Both the position numbers and the translations under genes were made by a program. The notes beneath the pieces are model-generated. The model made no database searches. It was given only the letters and a program-made list of their open reading frames with translations, and was not told the DNA's origin. DNA of 64,000 nt. It comes from a virus. The DNA is taken from the IMG/VR virus record IMGVR_UViG_3300032770_000012, positions 37,194 to 101,193 of that record. The stretch is one strand, 5' to 3'. Positions 1-9,186 of this stretch are shown piece by piece (positions within the stretch are counted from its first letter, which is position 1; each line of letters starts with the position of its first letter).

Positions 1-785
1 ACGCCAAAGCTTAGCCGCTGGCAGGCGCATTCCAGTCGGTAGAACGGCAGCGGCCAGCGAGCCAGTCTCCTGAACCGGGCCTCGCCCGATACAAACGGCG
101 TTCCCCACAAGACGAGCCTCTCTACTTCAAGCCCCGCCCGATCGGCGATCCGCGTCATCTCCTCGGGTGTTATCAGGTATAAGTGCCCATCGGCGTCAGG
201 TTTAAACTGTATCGCTTTGAGTGCCTCGACGTCTTTCACCTGGGAGTAGGTCGGGAGCCTGGACCTAAAGTACGCCCCATTGGGAGTCGTTAGCAAGATG
301 CGGCCTTCTGGGGTCAGCAAGCGCCGCAAGTGCTGTGCGAAAGCCACCGCATCTGCGACGTGCTCGATGATTTCGCACGCGGTCACTAGATCGAACTTTC
401 CGATGGTCTTCGGTTCCAAATCGAAGACGTTGCCGGGCAGAACCTCAACGAACTTTCCGTTATGGTAGTTGGCAATCGCGGCCCGCAGTGGTTCCGGTCT
501 GAGATCATTTGCTGCGACCCGACTGCCGCTCAACTGAAGGCACGCGCTCAAGGCACCGTCCCCGGCTGCAACCTCCAGCACTCGCTTGGGATTCAACTCC
601 CGTGCCATGTTCAGCGCAAGCAGCGCACGCAGCCGACCATAAGCTGCGTGAGACGGGAGATGACACGTACCGTAGTTCCAGCCGTCTACGTCTCCGGCCT
701 TGAACGATAACGGACGGATTGTCGATAGCCCGGACCGGCACACGTTTTCAAAGAGTTCTCCGGGCGGGAATGGTTTGGCTGTCAT
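1..785 (-). CDS. Class I SAM-dependent methyltransferase (3' end runs off the window)
   Basis: Not in the ORF track. Manual translation from ATG 785 (ATGA overlap with the upstream gene) gives motif I VLEVAAGDG, FDLVTACEIIEHV and GRILLTTPN, and the frame stays open to the window edge. Confidence 0.85.
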   Translation of the reverse strand, partial: MTAKPFPPGELFENVCRSGLSTIRPLSFKAGDVDGWNYGTCHLPSHAAYGRLRALLALNMARELNPKRVLEVAAGDGALSACLQLSGSRVAANDLRPEPLRAAIANYHNGKFVEVLPGNVFDLEPKTIGKFDLVTACEIIEHVADAVAFAQHLRRLLTPEGRILLTTPNGAYFRSRLPTYSQVKDVEALKAIQFKPDADGHLYLITPEEMTRIADRAGLEVERLVLWGTPFVSGEARFRRLARWPLPFYRLECACQRLSFG

Positions 786-1072
786 TCTGCAAGACCTTTA
801 TCGGGGACCCAGATCGGCCTGATGGGTTCCTCAGTGATACTGGACCAGCGGGAGAACCTTCCCGATTTACCGTCGATAACTCCGAAGATATCGATTTTGT
901 GATCCTGGCAGATCATGATGTGGTCGAATACCTGCCAGCCTTCCGGAAAACTCGGGGACGGGAGAGACATCCCGGCGTAGTAATAACCGAGCGGGATGTC
1001 CCTGGCGGCTCCGCAGACCGAGCAGGTGACCCTACAGATGACATCGCAGGGGAAGTTGATCACGGTGCTCAT
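782..1072 (-). CDS. Hypothetical phage protein (CxxC, possible Zn ribbon)
   Basis: 96 aa; ATGA-coupled to both neighbours. Confidence 0.65.
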   Translation of the reverse strand: MSTVINFPCDVICRVTCSVCGAARDIPLGYYYAGMSLPSPSFPEGWQVFDHIMICQDHKIDIFGVIDGKSGRFSRWSSITEEPIRPIWVPDKGLAE

Positions 1073-1302
1073 TGGGTTTTGTCCAGATCTGGACGTAATT
1101 CACAGGCGATTTCCTCGCGCTTTTCTATGGACCGGATAGCGCGCTGCACGGCGTTCAGGAATTCGTCGTAGGGGGCGTAGTATCTTGGCCGTTCAGACTC
1201 TTCGCGCCGGAGGATCTCGCGCCACTGCGCGATGGTGAACTCGGCAGTAACCTTCAGCCGGATGTCGTCGGGATTGGAGCAGGCCACGGTGACGTTAATC
1301 AT
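1069..1302 (-). CDS. Hypothetical phage protein
   Basis: 77 aa; translationally coupled chain of minus-strand genes. Confidence 0.65.
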   Translation of the reverse strand: MINVTVACSNPDDIRLKVTAEFTIAQWREILRREESERPRYYAPYDEFLNAVQRAIRSIEKREEIACELRPDLDKTQ

Positions 1303-1359
1303 GGTGAGTAGCCTTGGATTCGGGCGCGTCCCAGGCGAGTTTCAGAGCGGCGGGGTCGG

Positions 1360-1515
1360 TCATAAATGCTTTCCCCAGATCATCCAGCCGATCTCAATTC
1401 CGACGACGATCCAAGCCAATGACGCGAACCACCAACTGCTAAGGATGCGCTTCCAGGGGATTCTATGCCGTTGCTTAGACCAGCCTTCAATGTAATCTGG
1501 ATCGTCGCTTTTCAC
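1360..1515 (-). CDS. Small membrane protein
   Basis: Manual translation from GTG 1515: ...ILSSWWFASLAWIVVGIEIGWMIWGKHL, one TM segment; overlaps the upstream stop. Confidence 0.5.
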   Translation of the reverse strand: MKSDDPDYIEGWSKQRHRIPWKRILSSWWFASLAWIVVGIEIGWMIWGKHL

Positions 1516-1712
1516 TTCGCTCTCCCCTCTCTCCGCGCCTCACGCCTGCGCTTCTTGCCCCACAGGCGCTCCCGGCGCTTCTCCATCTCCTCGGCGGTCG
1601 GCACGCGCTCGGGTCCGCGACGGGTCCGCCAATCGGCAGGAAGGCGATTCTGCGGCGTGTCGCCCCAACCGAGTCTGATCATCTCGTCCAGTTCGTCAGT
1701 ATGGGTCATCAA
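1512..1712 (-). CDS. Hypothetical basic protein
   Basis: 66 aa in the coupled minus-strand chain. Confidence 0.5.
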   Translation of the reverse strand: MMTHTDELDEMIRLGWGDTPQNRLPADWRTRRGPERVPTAEEMEKRRERLWGKKRRREARREGRAK

Positions 1713-1908
1713 CGTTCTTTCTGAGGCCCGAAGTTTTAATCAACTGATCGTCGATCAGCTGCTGGATTCGTCTCTCGATGTACCACATCGGAACTGCGCC
1801 ATCACGCATTTCGACGAACTCCCCGCGCTTCTCTCCTGGTATCCAGACCCGCTTTTGCATGCCGCGCAGACCGATCAATGTTTCTAATTCTGTGCGCATA
1901 GCCGTCAT
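1696..1908 (-). CDS. Hypothetical phage protein
   Basis: 70 aa; start lies within the 22-bp junction repeat. Confidence 0.55.
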   Translation of the reverse strand: MTAMRTELETLIGLRGMQKRVWIPGEKRGEFVEMRDGAVPMWYIERRIQQLIDDQLIKTSGLRKNVDDPY

Positions 1909-1926
1909 TCCCCCGCCTTTCCCGGC
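1905..1926. repeat. 22-bp gene-junction direct repeat, copy 1 (copy 2 at 4993-5014)
   Basis: tcattcccccgcctttcccggc is identical at 1905-1926 and 4993-5014; on the minus strand it encodes PGKAGE-stop overlapping the next ATG. Confidence 0.9.
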
Positions 1927-1989
1927 CCGCCACGCAAATTAGGGCAATAATTAACTTGACAAATCCACGGTTTCGGCATACACTGAATC

Positions 1990-2967
1990 ATGGCCAGCGA
2001 ACCGAAAACTCTCCAAGAAGCGCTGATCTACTTCGCCGACCCGAAGAACTGCCGTGAGTACCTTGTCGCGCGGCGCTGGCCGAATGGCGTCACCTGCCCG
2101 CGCTGTGGTAGCGACAAGGTTGCATTCCTTGAAAAGTACAATCGCTGGCAGTGCAGTGCGAAAACTCATAAGGATCGGCAGTTCACTTCCAAAACCGGAA
2201 CGATCTTTGAAGACTCTCCGCTTGGCTTAGACAAATGGCTTGCAGCAATGTGGCTGCTGGTGAACTGCAAGAACGGCATCTCCAGTTACGAAGTGTCGCG
2301 CGATCTGAAAGTCTCGCAGAAATCCGCTTGGCACATGCTGCACAGAATCAGGCTCGCCACGCAGGATAAAGCGACTGGCGGGAAGCTGTCCGGGGAAGTC
2401 GAGATCGATGAGACCTTCATTGGTGGCAAAGCACGGAACATGCATAAGGGGAAACGCGAAGAGAACATCACCGGCACGGGCGGCAAAGACAAGACCGCCG
2501 TCATGGGCATGGTGGAACGCGGCGGCAAGGTTCGTTTGCAGGTAGTGGACAACCGGCGCAAGAAGGAATTGCAGAAGCAAGTTCGCGAACACGTCGAAGC
2601 TGGCGCGGCGATCTTCACTGACGAACTGAAATCCTACGACGGTCTGGAATCCGATTATCAGCACGCCGTCATCAATCACGCCGTTGAATACGCGGACGGC
2701 AACGTCCACACCAACACAATGGAGAACTTTTGGAGTCTCCTGAAGCGCGGATTGCACGGAACCTATATCAGCGTGGAACCGTTCCATCTTTTTCGTTACC
2801 TGGATGAGCAGGCATTCCGCTACAACAACCGCAAGGATAATGAGGGCGAAACGTTGACCGACAGTGACCGCTTTGATTTGGTCGTCCGACAGATCGTAGG
2901 AAAGCGCTTGACTTGGGCCGAAGTCACCGGCAAGGTGAAGGAAATTCCGCCGTCATCCGCTAACTAA
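1990..2967 (+). CDS. IS1595-family DDE transposase
   Basis: RWPNGVTCPRCG Zn ribbon, HTH, VEIDETFIGG, IFTDE, HTNTMENFWSLLKR, YLDEQAFRYN. Confidence 0.97.
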   Translation: MASEPKTLQEALIYFADPKNCREYLVARRWPNGVTCPRCGSDKVAFLEKYNRWQCSAKTHKDRQFTSKTGTIFEDSPLGLDKWLAAMWLLVNCKNGISSYEVSRDLKVSQKSAWHMLHRIRLATQDKATGGKLSGEVEIDETFIGGKARNMHKGKREENITGTGGKDKTAVMGMVERGGKVRLQVVDNRRKKELQKQVREHVEAGAAIFTDELKSYDGLESDYQHAVINHAVEYADGNVHTNTMENFWSLLKRGLHGTYISVEPFHLFRYLDEQAFRYNNRKDNEGETLTDSDRFDLVVRQIVGKRLTWAEVTGKVKEIPPSSAN

Positions 2968-3228
2968 GAAGGAATCAAAGCGCCAACAGCGCGGGAAACG
3001 CAAAAGGGTCTAGCACTCTCCAAAACGGAGTGCTGTTTTCTTGTTTGACACGATCCATCTCGGTAGTAGAATGGAGGATAGTCCTTGACTGATTGGGGAC
3101 GCCGTAGAAATTGGCGTCCCGCGCGGTAGGTAAGAAGGGCCTGAACAACCCAATCCTACCGTCCTCCCCCGCAAAAAGTCAAGCAATAAAATGGACGAGA
3201 GAACTGTGTCTGAATCGAAGGAGAGCAT

Positions 3229-3636
3229 ATGGCGATCACCCACAAATATACGTTGATCTGCGATGACGTGCGGCAAGAGAACAACGGCAAGCTTATTGTT
3301 ATTGGACTTTATCTACCGGACATCGCAGCTTTTCAAATCCCGGTATTGCTTCCTTCGCTAACGTTCATCCAGGCACTGGAGTCAGACCGTCCAGGCCAAT
3401 GGACGTTCCGTATGAAGTTGACACATCTAGAGTCGGGTCATCAGGTTGCTGAAGCAATGGGAGCAATCAATGTTGCGCAGCCCGGTCTTGCCGTCAGCGT
3501 GGTTAAGTTCGGCAATGTGACGTTTGATCGCCTAGGTACCTACAATATGACGCTGACAATTGAGGAGCACCGAGAGCCGATACTGGTATCGTTCAACGTT
3601 ATCCTCGCCCCTCAGCCACAGCAGCCAAAGCCCTAG
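3229..3636 (+). CDS. IS passenger, DUF6941-like beta-sandwich protein
   Basis: N-terminal LICDDVRQENNGKLIVIGLY signature; GGAG RBS. Confidence 0.7.
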   Translation: MAITHKYTLICDDVRQENNGKLIVIGLYLPDIAAFQIPVLLPSLTFIQALESDRPGQWTFRMKLTHLESGHQVAEAMGAINVAQPGLAVSVVKFGNVTFDRLGTYNMTLTIEEHREPILVSFNVILAPQPQQPKP

Positions 3637-4004
3637 CTAAAACATGGAACTTTTGGATTGGCCCCAACAGAGGTTGTACCCGATGATGTATAGCTGTGGC
3701 CGCCGTTGGACGCCACAAGATCCAGGATCTGCACTGGGTTGGGTTCTGCGTGTTTCTTGCTCAGAAAGGACAGATTCGTTTTTAAAACATCGCATGAGAT
3801 CTTGCCCTGCTCTGCATATAGAAACTGCCACTCGATTTGGTGAGCTAGAGTCTCTGCCTCTTCATCGTTCGATTGGTGGACATCGCGGAGGATCAAGGCG
3901 AACCAGTGGCGGAACGCTTCTGGTGTATCGTCTCCAGCAACGTACCGCGTCAACCGTTCCCTTATTTCATTCGTGAGCATCGCCATGGCTAGACCTCCAG
4001 ACAA
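3633..4004 (-). CDS. IS passenger, hypothetical protein (start may be 3987)
   Basis: Helical 123-aa ORF convergent on 3229-3636. Confidence 0.55.
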   Translation of the reverse strand: MSGGLAMAMLTNEIRERLTRYVAGDDTPEAFRHWFALILRDVHQSNDEEAETLAHQIEWQFLYAEQGKISCDVLKTNLSFLSKKHAEPNPVQILDLVASNGGHSYTSSGTTSVGANPKVPCFS

Positions 4005-4290
4005 GGTTCAAAGTTTATCAAAGACGGAGATGGAGCACAAGTTCTCAGAAGCGAACGCCTTCCTGGGAAACTGCAAACCACTACCAATCAGGTTCTCTCC
4101 TAATCGTATTGTAGTGCATAAGCGGGAACGAGGATTTAGGTACGTTCGCCTAGATGATCCTAGTGAAACCACTGTCGCTATTGTTTACTTTTACGTAGGC
4201 CCTGACGGAGAAGAGCAAAGAAGCGTCCGCTTGCTCGTGATCGATGATATTACGTACACGCTCGAAGCCATAGAACTGCCGCGCGAATAG
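3973..4290 (+). CDS. IS passenger, hypothetical protein (start uncertain)
   Basis: Protein-like composition; possible toxin-like beta fold, unverified. Confidence 0.45.
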   Translation: MSIAMARPPDKVQSLSKTEMEHKFSEANAFLGNCKPLPIRFSPNRIVVHKRERGFRYVRLDDPSETTVAIVYFYVGPDGEEQRSVRLLVIDDITYTLEAIELPRE

Positions 4291-4308
4291 CGTTACCATG
4301 GAAATCGG

Positions 4309-4473
4309 ATGAAACCAGCCCTTCCGCCTATTCAAGTCCCCGGCTCCACGCCCTTCCAGAAGATGGACAACTTATTCCGTGCCGTGATCTCGGTTCCTAA
4401 GACCGAGATCGACCGGCGCGAAAAGGAGTGGAAGCGACGGCGCAGCAAGAAACGGAAGGCAGCGAAACTATAG
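4309..4473 (+). CDS. IS-associated small basic protein (54 aa)
   Basis: Manual translation MKPALPPIQVPGSTPFQKMDNLFRAVISVPKTEIDRREKEWKRRRSKKRKAAKL; resembles small ORFs I recall near IS1595 ends. Confidence 0.6.
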   Translation: MKPALPPIQVPGSTPFQKMDNLFRAVISVPKTEIDRREKEWKRRRSKKRKAAKL

Positions 4474-4720
4474 CAGCCTTATGGACGAGCACCAGAGGAC
4501 AATGTGGAAGCGGCGTAGCATATTATCCGAGCTTACCTCGTTCGTACTCTACTGTTGCGCCCTGGTCCTGTTTTTCATGCTCATCGCAGGGGCTGCAAAG
4601 GATTGGCGCGCTGGTCTGCAAAAACTCCATAACGGGGCCGCCTTTGGCTCCAAATAACTAGCCACAACCAAATAGCTAGCCACAACCCGGCCTGTCACGC
4701 CGATCCCAGAGTAAGGCCGG

Positions 4721-4996
4721 TCACATGGATTTGTCAACGTAGTTATTGCCCAAATTAGAACAAATCGCGGCTGATAATTTCCAGAGGCCCCACACGATAA
4801 GAACCGCGCCGCAAGCCAGCCCCGCTGGGGTCATGACATTTCCGAAAAGCCACATGATTATAGCGGTCTTGTCGCTATAAGAAAACCTGGCGCTCCACCA
4901 TACTCTATCGGGGACCTTGATCACAACCAGCGACGCCAATCCTGCCATGAGCACGACGAACACTGTTGCCGTGCAAACCGTTTTACGCAGACTCAT
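4721..4996 (-). CDS. Small 2-TM membrane protein, C-terminus replaced by the IS insertion
   Basis: Removing the IS and one TSD restores ...CSNLRGGPGKAGE-stop at 1905, overlapping the ATG of 1696-1908. Confidence 0.75.
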   Translation of the reverse strand: MSLRKTVCTATVFVVLMAGLASLVVIKVPDRVWWSARFSYSDKTAIIMWLFGNVMTPAGLACGAVLIVWGLWKLSAAICSNLGNNYVDKSM

Positions 4997-5247
4997 TCCC
5001 CCGCCTTTCCCGGCTCAGCCATTGGTAATTTCTTTTGCCCCGCTGCTTCGCGTTCTTTCCGCTGATGACGCGCTAGTCTCCGGTTCATTTCCTCGCGGTA
5101 GGGACACTCGAAATCGCAATCCTCAGAACCGGCCATCGAGCATGCCCCGGTCTGATCGGCTCCGCAGTCGAAGTCCCATTCCTCTTCCCAATCGCCCTCA
5201 TCGTACTCGTCGTCATCAAAATACTCTTCCGGCATCGGCTCAGCCAT
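4993..5247 (-). CDS. Hypothetical acidic, Cys-rich protein
   Basis: 84 aa; DCG...CSMAGSEDCDFECPY. Confidence 0.7.
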   Translation of the reverse strand: MAEPMPEEYFDDDEYDEGDWEEEWDFDCGADQTGACSMAGSEDCDFECPYREEMNRRLARHQRKEREAAGQKKLPMAEPGKAGE

Positions 5248-6001
5248 TGGAGACCTCCAGTTGGGGCGTCTTGGGTATGGCGCCGAGCCTTACTAACTTT
5301 GCTCGCTCCCATTTGTGTCGTGGGCATCTAGTGCCACTCCAGCGACCGTTCGCTTTGTTTAGAACTTTTATAGCCAACTCCGTGCATCCAGGCTCGCAAC
5401 AAATAATCGCGTTAGTACGTTTTCGTAATGGCTCATTGTTCTCGATCAAAATCTCTCTTACGCGGGAGAGATTGCATCCCAAGGCTGCGGCCACTTTTTG
5501 TAGTGATAAATTTCTTCGGTAGAGTTCAATAACGAGATCTTGATCGATAGTCCTGATTGATTCAGCGAAACAGTCCTTTGAACAAAATCGAACCCGTTTT
5601 GATCTGACACTATTAGCCAACACGAATTGTCGTCCGCACTGTTGGCAAATTTTGGTCCACGCATCTGTCCCGCTAAGAGCCTTTTGCATGGCCGTGTCCA
5701 CCCTGGCGAGAGCGCGGTTATAATCTTCAAGCGAGAGACCCAATTTACTTTGAATCTTCGCATCGGCACGAAACTCGACAAGTTTCATTCTGGCGATGGC
5801 GCGCTCGTTACCGTGTAGGTGGGCTTTTGAGAATAATGCGAACAATCGCTGCCTGCGTGGCGCATCGGCGTTTCGTTTTACAGCATGTCGCTTTGTGTCG
5901 AGCGCCCTTTTAGACCTATAGAGGTCAGGGTTTTGAGCCCGTCTTCGCCGGGCCCCTTCAGCCGCCTTTTGTCTGGCAATGACAGGATCTTTATAGGGCA
6001 C
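5240..6001 (-). CDS. Zn-finger plus HTH DNA-binding protein (HNH-associated domains, no HNH core seen)
   Basis: Likely GTG start at 6001 (MPYKDP...); CQQCGRQF...FCSKDC treble-clef repeat; HTH LSLQKVAAALGCNLSRVREIL. Confidence 0.65.
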   Translation of the reverse strand: MPYKDPVIARQKAAEGARRRRAQNPDLYRSKRALDTKRHAVKRNADAPRRQRLFALFSKAHLHGNERAIARMKLVEFRADAKIQSKLGLSLEDYNRALARVDTAMQKALSGTDAWTKICQQCGRQFVLANSVRSKRVRFCSKDCFAESIRTIDQDLVIELYRRNLSLQKVAAALGCNLSRVREILIENNEPLRKRTNAIICCEPGCTELAIKVLNKANGRWSGTRCPRHKWERAKLVRLGAIPKTPQLEVSNG

Positions 6002-6881
6002 CACGCGCCTCCATGGCAGCCACTTCTTGTGCATACAGCGCCCGTAACAAAGCGCCCCCAAAATCTGTGGTGTCGGCGATAGATTCGCGGAGCAACTCCC
6101 CGTCCTCAAATTTTGGTTTGTCAATAGAGATCGGGCCCCATTTAGATTTGAATAAGCGGTAGAAACTGCGAATCCCGGCACCGCGCGCTCTCTCAAGGTC
6201 TTCGGTCGTTATGATTCCTCCAACTAACGCAAGGCACAGATCTTGGCACACATCGCAGCGCACGTCGTAAGGAAGTGACTTAGGCACGAAGTCATTTACC
6301 GCCTTGATAATCGGGTCGTCCGTGTTTCCGAACGGCCAGACTTCTGATAGCGGCTTCCACTCCCATTTCGATCTACCCCGTGGAATATATACGGATCTCC
6401 GCTGTCCGGCAAGCACTCCAGAGAAATGGGATCTTACAAAGGCTTGGCGAGCAGGGCTGTTTTTATATCGTTCCGCGCACCATCCTTTGTGGCCAGAAGG
6501 TTGGCCGCATCCACACAGCGGATTCATGCCAGCAGCTCTGAGTTCGCGCATATATTTCTGCGCCGTTCCTTTTGCTACACCCGCCATCTCAGATGCTTTT
6601 CGTATACTGTGCCCGTCGGTCAGAGCCTGAATCAAGGTTCTTTGTTTTTCGCTTTCAATGACCCGTCCAGTGCGCCCATCGGCGCGCGGTTCAGTCAGGA
6701 TGCGGCGATGGGCAGCGCATCTATATCTCTGCCTGCCGTCGCGACTAAAGCCGAAGCGGAGTGCCTCTATTTTGCAGATCGGACAGATCACTTGCGCTCT
6801 CGAACCTCCATCGAAACCTATAATCAAATTTTCTCGAACAACTCCCGCGAAACCCCATTGCTTTGGATCTCGATCCCCCAA
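5991..6881 (-). CDS. InsA-like Zn ribbon/HTH fused to a sigma-like C-terminus; putative regulator
   Basis: CPIC...FGFSRDGRQRYRC, HTH SIRKASEMAGVAKGTAQKY, CGCG...HKGWC, C-terminal ISIDKPKFEDGELLRESI. Confidence 0.6.
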   Translation of the reverse strand: MGDRDPKQWGFAGVVRENLIIGFDGGSRAQVICPICKIEALRFGFSRDGRQRYRCAAHRRILTEPRADGRTGRVIESEKQRTLIQALTDGHSIRKASEMAGVAKGTAQKYMRELRAAGMNPLCGCGQPSGHKGWCAERYKNSPARQAFVRSHFSGVLAGQRRSVYIPRGRSKWEWKPLSEVWPFGNTDDPIIKAVNDFVPKSLPYDVRCDVCQDLCLALVGGIITTEDLERARGAGIRSFYRLFKSKWGPISIDKPKFEDGELLRESIADTTDFGGALLRALYAQEVAAMEARGAL

Positions 6882-7041
6882 CTTTCTCGAACTTCCAAAT
6901 TCATAACCCCTTTGTTTCCGTCTCCGATCCTTGTAAGTGGTAGACTACAATTGATCCGACAGTCAATTGATTATCCGCCTATCCTGTTGATATAACATCA
7001 CTTCCTTCTGAAAATCCCCGAGGTTATTACGAGAAATCCGT

Positions 7042-7284
7042 TCATGCTGGATAGTTCCTTAGCTCTGCCGCATCTTCAGCAAGGTTCAACTTTCGAGCGC
7101 TCGCGACCATAGCTCCGTCCCAGACGCCCTGTAGGTAAGCCGATGCAGACAGATTGGTCAAATCCACTGTCCCTAGCGATGCGAGATTTGCGGCAAACTT
7201 CACGAAGGGCTCCATGCGCCGCACAGCAAAAGCGTAGTGCTCGTGCGGAACTTCGATACGCTCAATGGGTAATCTCTGTTTCAT
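7042..7284 (-). CDS. Hypothetical protein
   Basis: Probable ATG at 7284 (MKQRLP...). Confidence 0.55.
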   Translation of the reverse strand: MKQRLPIERIEVPHEHYAFAVRRMEPFVKFAANLASLGTVDLTNLSASAYLQGVWDGAMVASARKLNLAEDAAELRNYPA

Positions 7285-7483
7285 TTTTTTCGATCCGCGA
7301 GGCGGCCTCATGCAATGTCGTGAACGTATGATCCTGTCCCGGTCTGTAGTGCCCGGCCCATCGCTCCGCCCGTAAACAGAACCTGCCGTCCTCGATGTAG
7401 AAGCATGGCGGTCCACCGTTTTGACGAACCTGCTCCCAATCGGCAACCGCGCACGCCTCTAGAAACTCCTCTCTCTTGCTCAC
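7262..7483 (-). CDS. Hypothetical phage protein
   Basis: GTG at 7483 overlaps the upstream TGA; DWEQVRQNGGPPCFY...CLRAERWAGH. Confidence 0.6.
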   Translation of the reverse strand: MSKREEFLEACAVADWEQVRQNGGPPCFYIEDGRFCLRAERWAGHYRPGQDHTFTTLHEAASRIEKNETEITH

Positions 7484-7671
7484 TGCTTCACCCCTCCCGG
7501 CTCGTCGGCCCAGTGCGTAGGCTCGTAATACACGTACATGCTCTTGTCTGGAAAGAACCAGAGCCGACCGAACCGCACGAGCGGCTGGACGTTTCGCTCT
7601 CCATGCTAATCGTGAATCTTGGTGAGCACCTCGACATTCTCGGGCGCGGTGGCAATTGGTTGCCAGTTCAT
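7480..7671 (-). pseudogene. DUF551-like small phage protein with an in-frame TAG
   Basis: MNWQPIATAPENVEVLTKIHD*HGERNVQ...YYEPTHW; TAG at 7608-7606; WQPIxTAP and PTHW signatures lie in one frame on both sides of the stop. Confidence 0.8.
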
Positions 7672-8180
7672 TGGGCGTTTTGCTCCCTGAGCCATCGCTG
7701 CCAAGCTGCATCGCCCGGCTTTGCGCCTTCCGGTGGACCGCCAGGGCCCTTGGCCGGAGCGCGCTTCTTAACCGCAGGCGGATTCTCCACCGGGACCATG
7801 TTGCGCACCCGTGGCGGACTCACGGAGCGCTCAATGTTCTCGGCTATACCGGCCTGAATGCGCTCGATCTCAGGAGTTGGATCGGGCGGAAGCGCCTCTG
7901 GATTCGGATTCGCTTTCCTCGATCGCCTGTGCGGCGCTGGATCGTCATGACTACCCTCGGCAGCGCCCAAAAGAGCCCTGGGACTTCCCGTAGCCAACGC
8001 GAGAGGCTCTACAAACTCCGCCGTTAGAACCTCAGTCTTTGTAGCCAGCGAATCAAGCGCATCCTCCACTGCCACCCGGCACCAATCCGATATCGTCCGC
8101 CGCCCTCTACGCGCAGCCGCATTGATCCGCCCGTATACCTCAGGCTCTACCATGATCTTAATCTGGTTCGTTCTGGGCAT
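7668..8180 (-). CDS. Ribbon-helix-helix-type DNA-binding protein with Pro-rich tail
   Basis: ATG 8180: MPRTNQIKIMVEPEVYGRINAAARRGRRTISDWCRVAVEDAL. Confidence 0.7.
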   Translation of the reverse strand: MPRTNQIKIMVEPEVYGRINAAARRGRRTISDWCRVAVEDALDSLATKTEVLTAEFVEPLALATGSPRALLGAAEGSHDDPAPHRRSRKANPNPEALPPDPTPEIERIQAGIAENIERSVSPPRVRNMVPVENPPAVKKRAPAKGPGGPPEGAKPGDAAWQRWLREQNAQ

Positions 8181-8498
8181 GATTGTTACCTTTAGTACCG
8201 ATTGGTTACTAGCTGTGACTAGTATGGACCGATCGGGACAGAGTGTCAATATTTGTTACTTATTTTTTGTTGGGGGTGGGAGGTTAGGCCGCGCCGGGCG
8301 CGGCCATGGGTGGGCCCTAAACCTCTGTGCCTCTGTCTGGCTACCGGAGAATCGCCCGAGCGCTCGCGAAACGTAACAAAAAGGGTTCCAGATTGAGGAT
8401 AAGTAAGTCACCTGTTATCAACGAAAGAATCGTGTCGATGGCTATTAACAATATGGTCCCTTTGTGTTACACTGGCGAGCGAAAGGGGACAAACGACT

Positions 8499-9122
8499 AT
8501 GAAAGTCGCCATATATGCCCGCGTGTCCAGGGACGATAAGGACAAGGACGGGAAACAAGTACAACATCTTGAGAATCAATTACTTGCACTGAGGGAGTTC
8601 TGTCTAATGCGGGATTGGACCATCGTACACGAGTACACTGATATGGTCTCCGGAAAGTCCGGCGAGCGAGAGCAGCTAAAGGCAATGCTTACAGCGGCAT
8701 CGCGGCATAGGTTCAATGCTCTGCTGGTCTGGTCTCTTGATCGCCTGACACGCGAGGGAATTGGTCCAACGTTCGATTACATCAGGCGATTACAGGACTA
8801 CGGTGTAGACTTTATCTCATACAAAGAAGAGCACTTCCGTACTACTGGCGCAACCGGAAAGCTAATGCTAGCCATCGCTGCGTGGATTGCAGAGCAGGAG
8901 CGTCAGCGTCTTTCCGAGCGTACTAAGGCGGGTCTTGAAAGGGTCCGGCGGGCAGGTACAGTCCTAGGTCGTCCGCGATCCGTGGATATCGTCAAGGATG
9001 GAGCGTTGATACGTTCTCGCCGGGCGGGTGGTGATAGTATCTCATCTATTGCCAATGAATTAGGGGTATCTGGAATGACTATCAGGCGATACTTGGGGGG
9101 TTCCAGGTCGGTCTCAGACTAG
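8499..9122 (+). CDS. Small serine recombinase (resolvase/invertase) with C-terminal HTH
   Basis: AIYARVS catalytic Ser, SLDRLTR, ERTKAGLER...LGRP, C-terminal HTH. Confidence 0.95.
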   Translation: MKVAIYARVSRDDKDKDGKQVQHLENQLLALREFCLMRDWTIVHEYTDMVSGKSGEREQLKAMLTAASRHRFNALLVWSLDRLTREGIGPTFDYIRRLQDYGVDFISYKEEHFRTTGATGKLMLAIAAWIAEQERQRLSERTKAGLERVRRAGTVLGRPRSVDIVKDGALIRSRRAGGDSISSIANELGVSGMTIRRYLGGSRSVSD

Positions 9123-9186
9123 TTCTTCTCTCTGATCGTCTTAGTATGCTCTCTACGGTGTTGATTATAGGCGTAATATAGTCTTG

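Larger units (their letters stand above)
1943..4750 (+). mobile_element. IS1595-family element with passenger genes (transporter IS), 2808 bp
   Basis: Terminal IRs ggcaataattaacttgacaaatcca (1943-1967) and its reverse complement at 4726-4750 (22/25 match); 8-bp target duplication caaattag at 1935-1942 and 4751-4758. Confidence 0.95.

Noticed and set aside
5991-6881. IS1 element
   Set aside because: No DDE domain, terminal IRs or target duplication were found.
7606-7608. In-frame TAG suggesting stop-codon reassignment (code 15)
   Set aside because: Many clear genes end in TAG (9648, 10226, 10867, 28822) and long genes have no internal TAG, so a single nonsense mutation or sequencing error is more likely.
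8499-9122. Phage integrase
   Set aside because: At 207 aa it has only catalytic and HTH domains and lacks the large serine integrase recombinase and Zn-ribbon domains; no att or invertible-segment repeats were identified.
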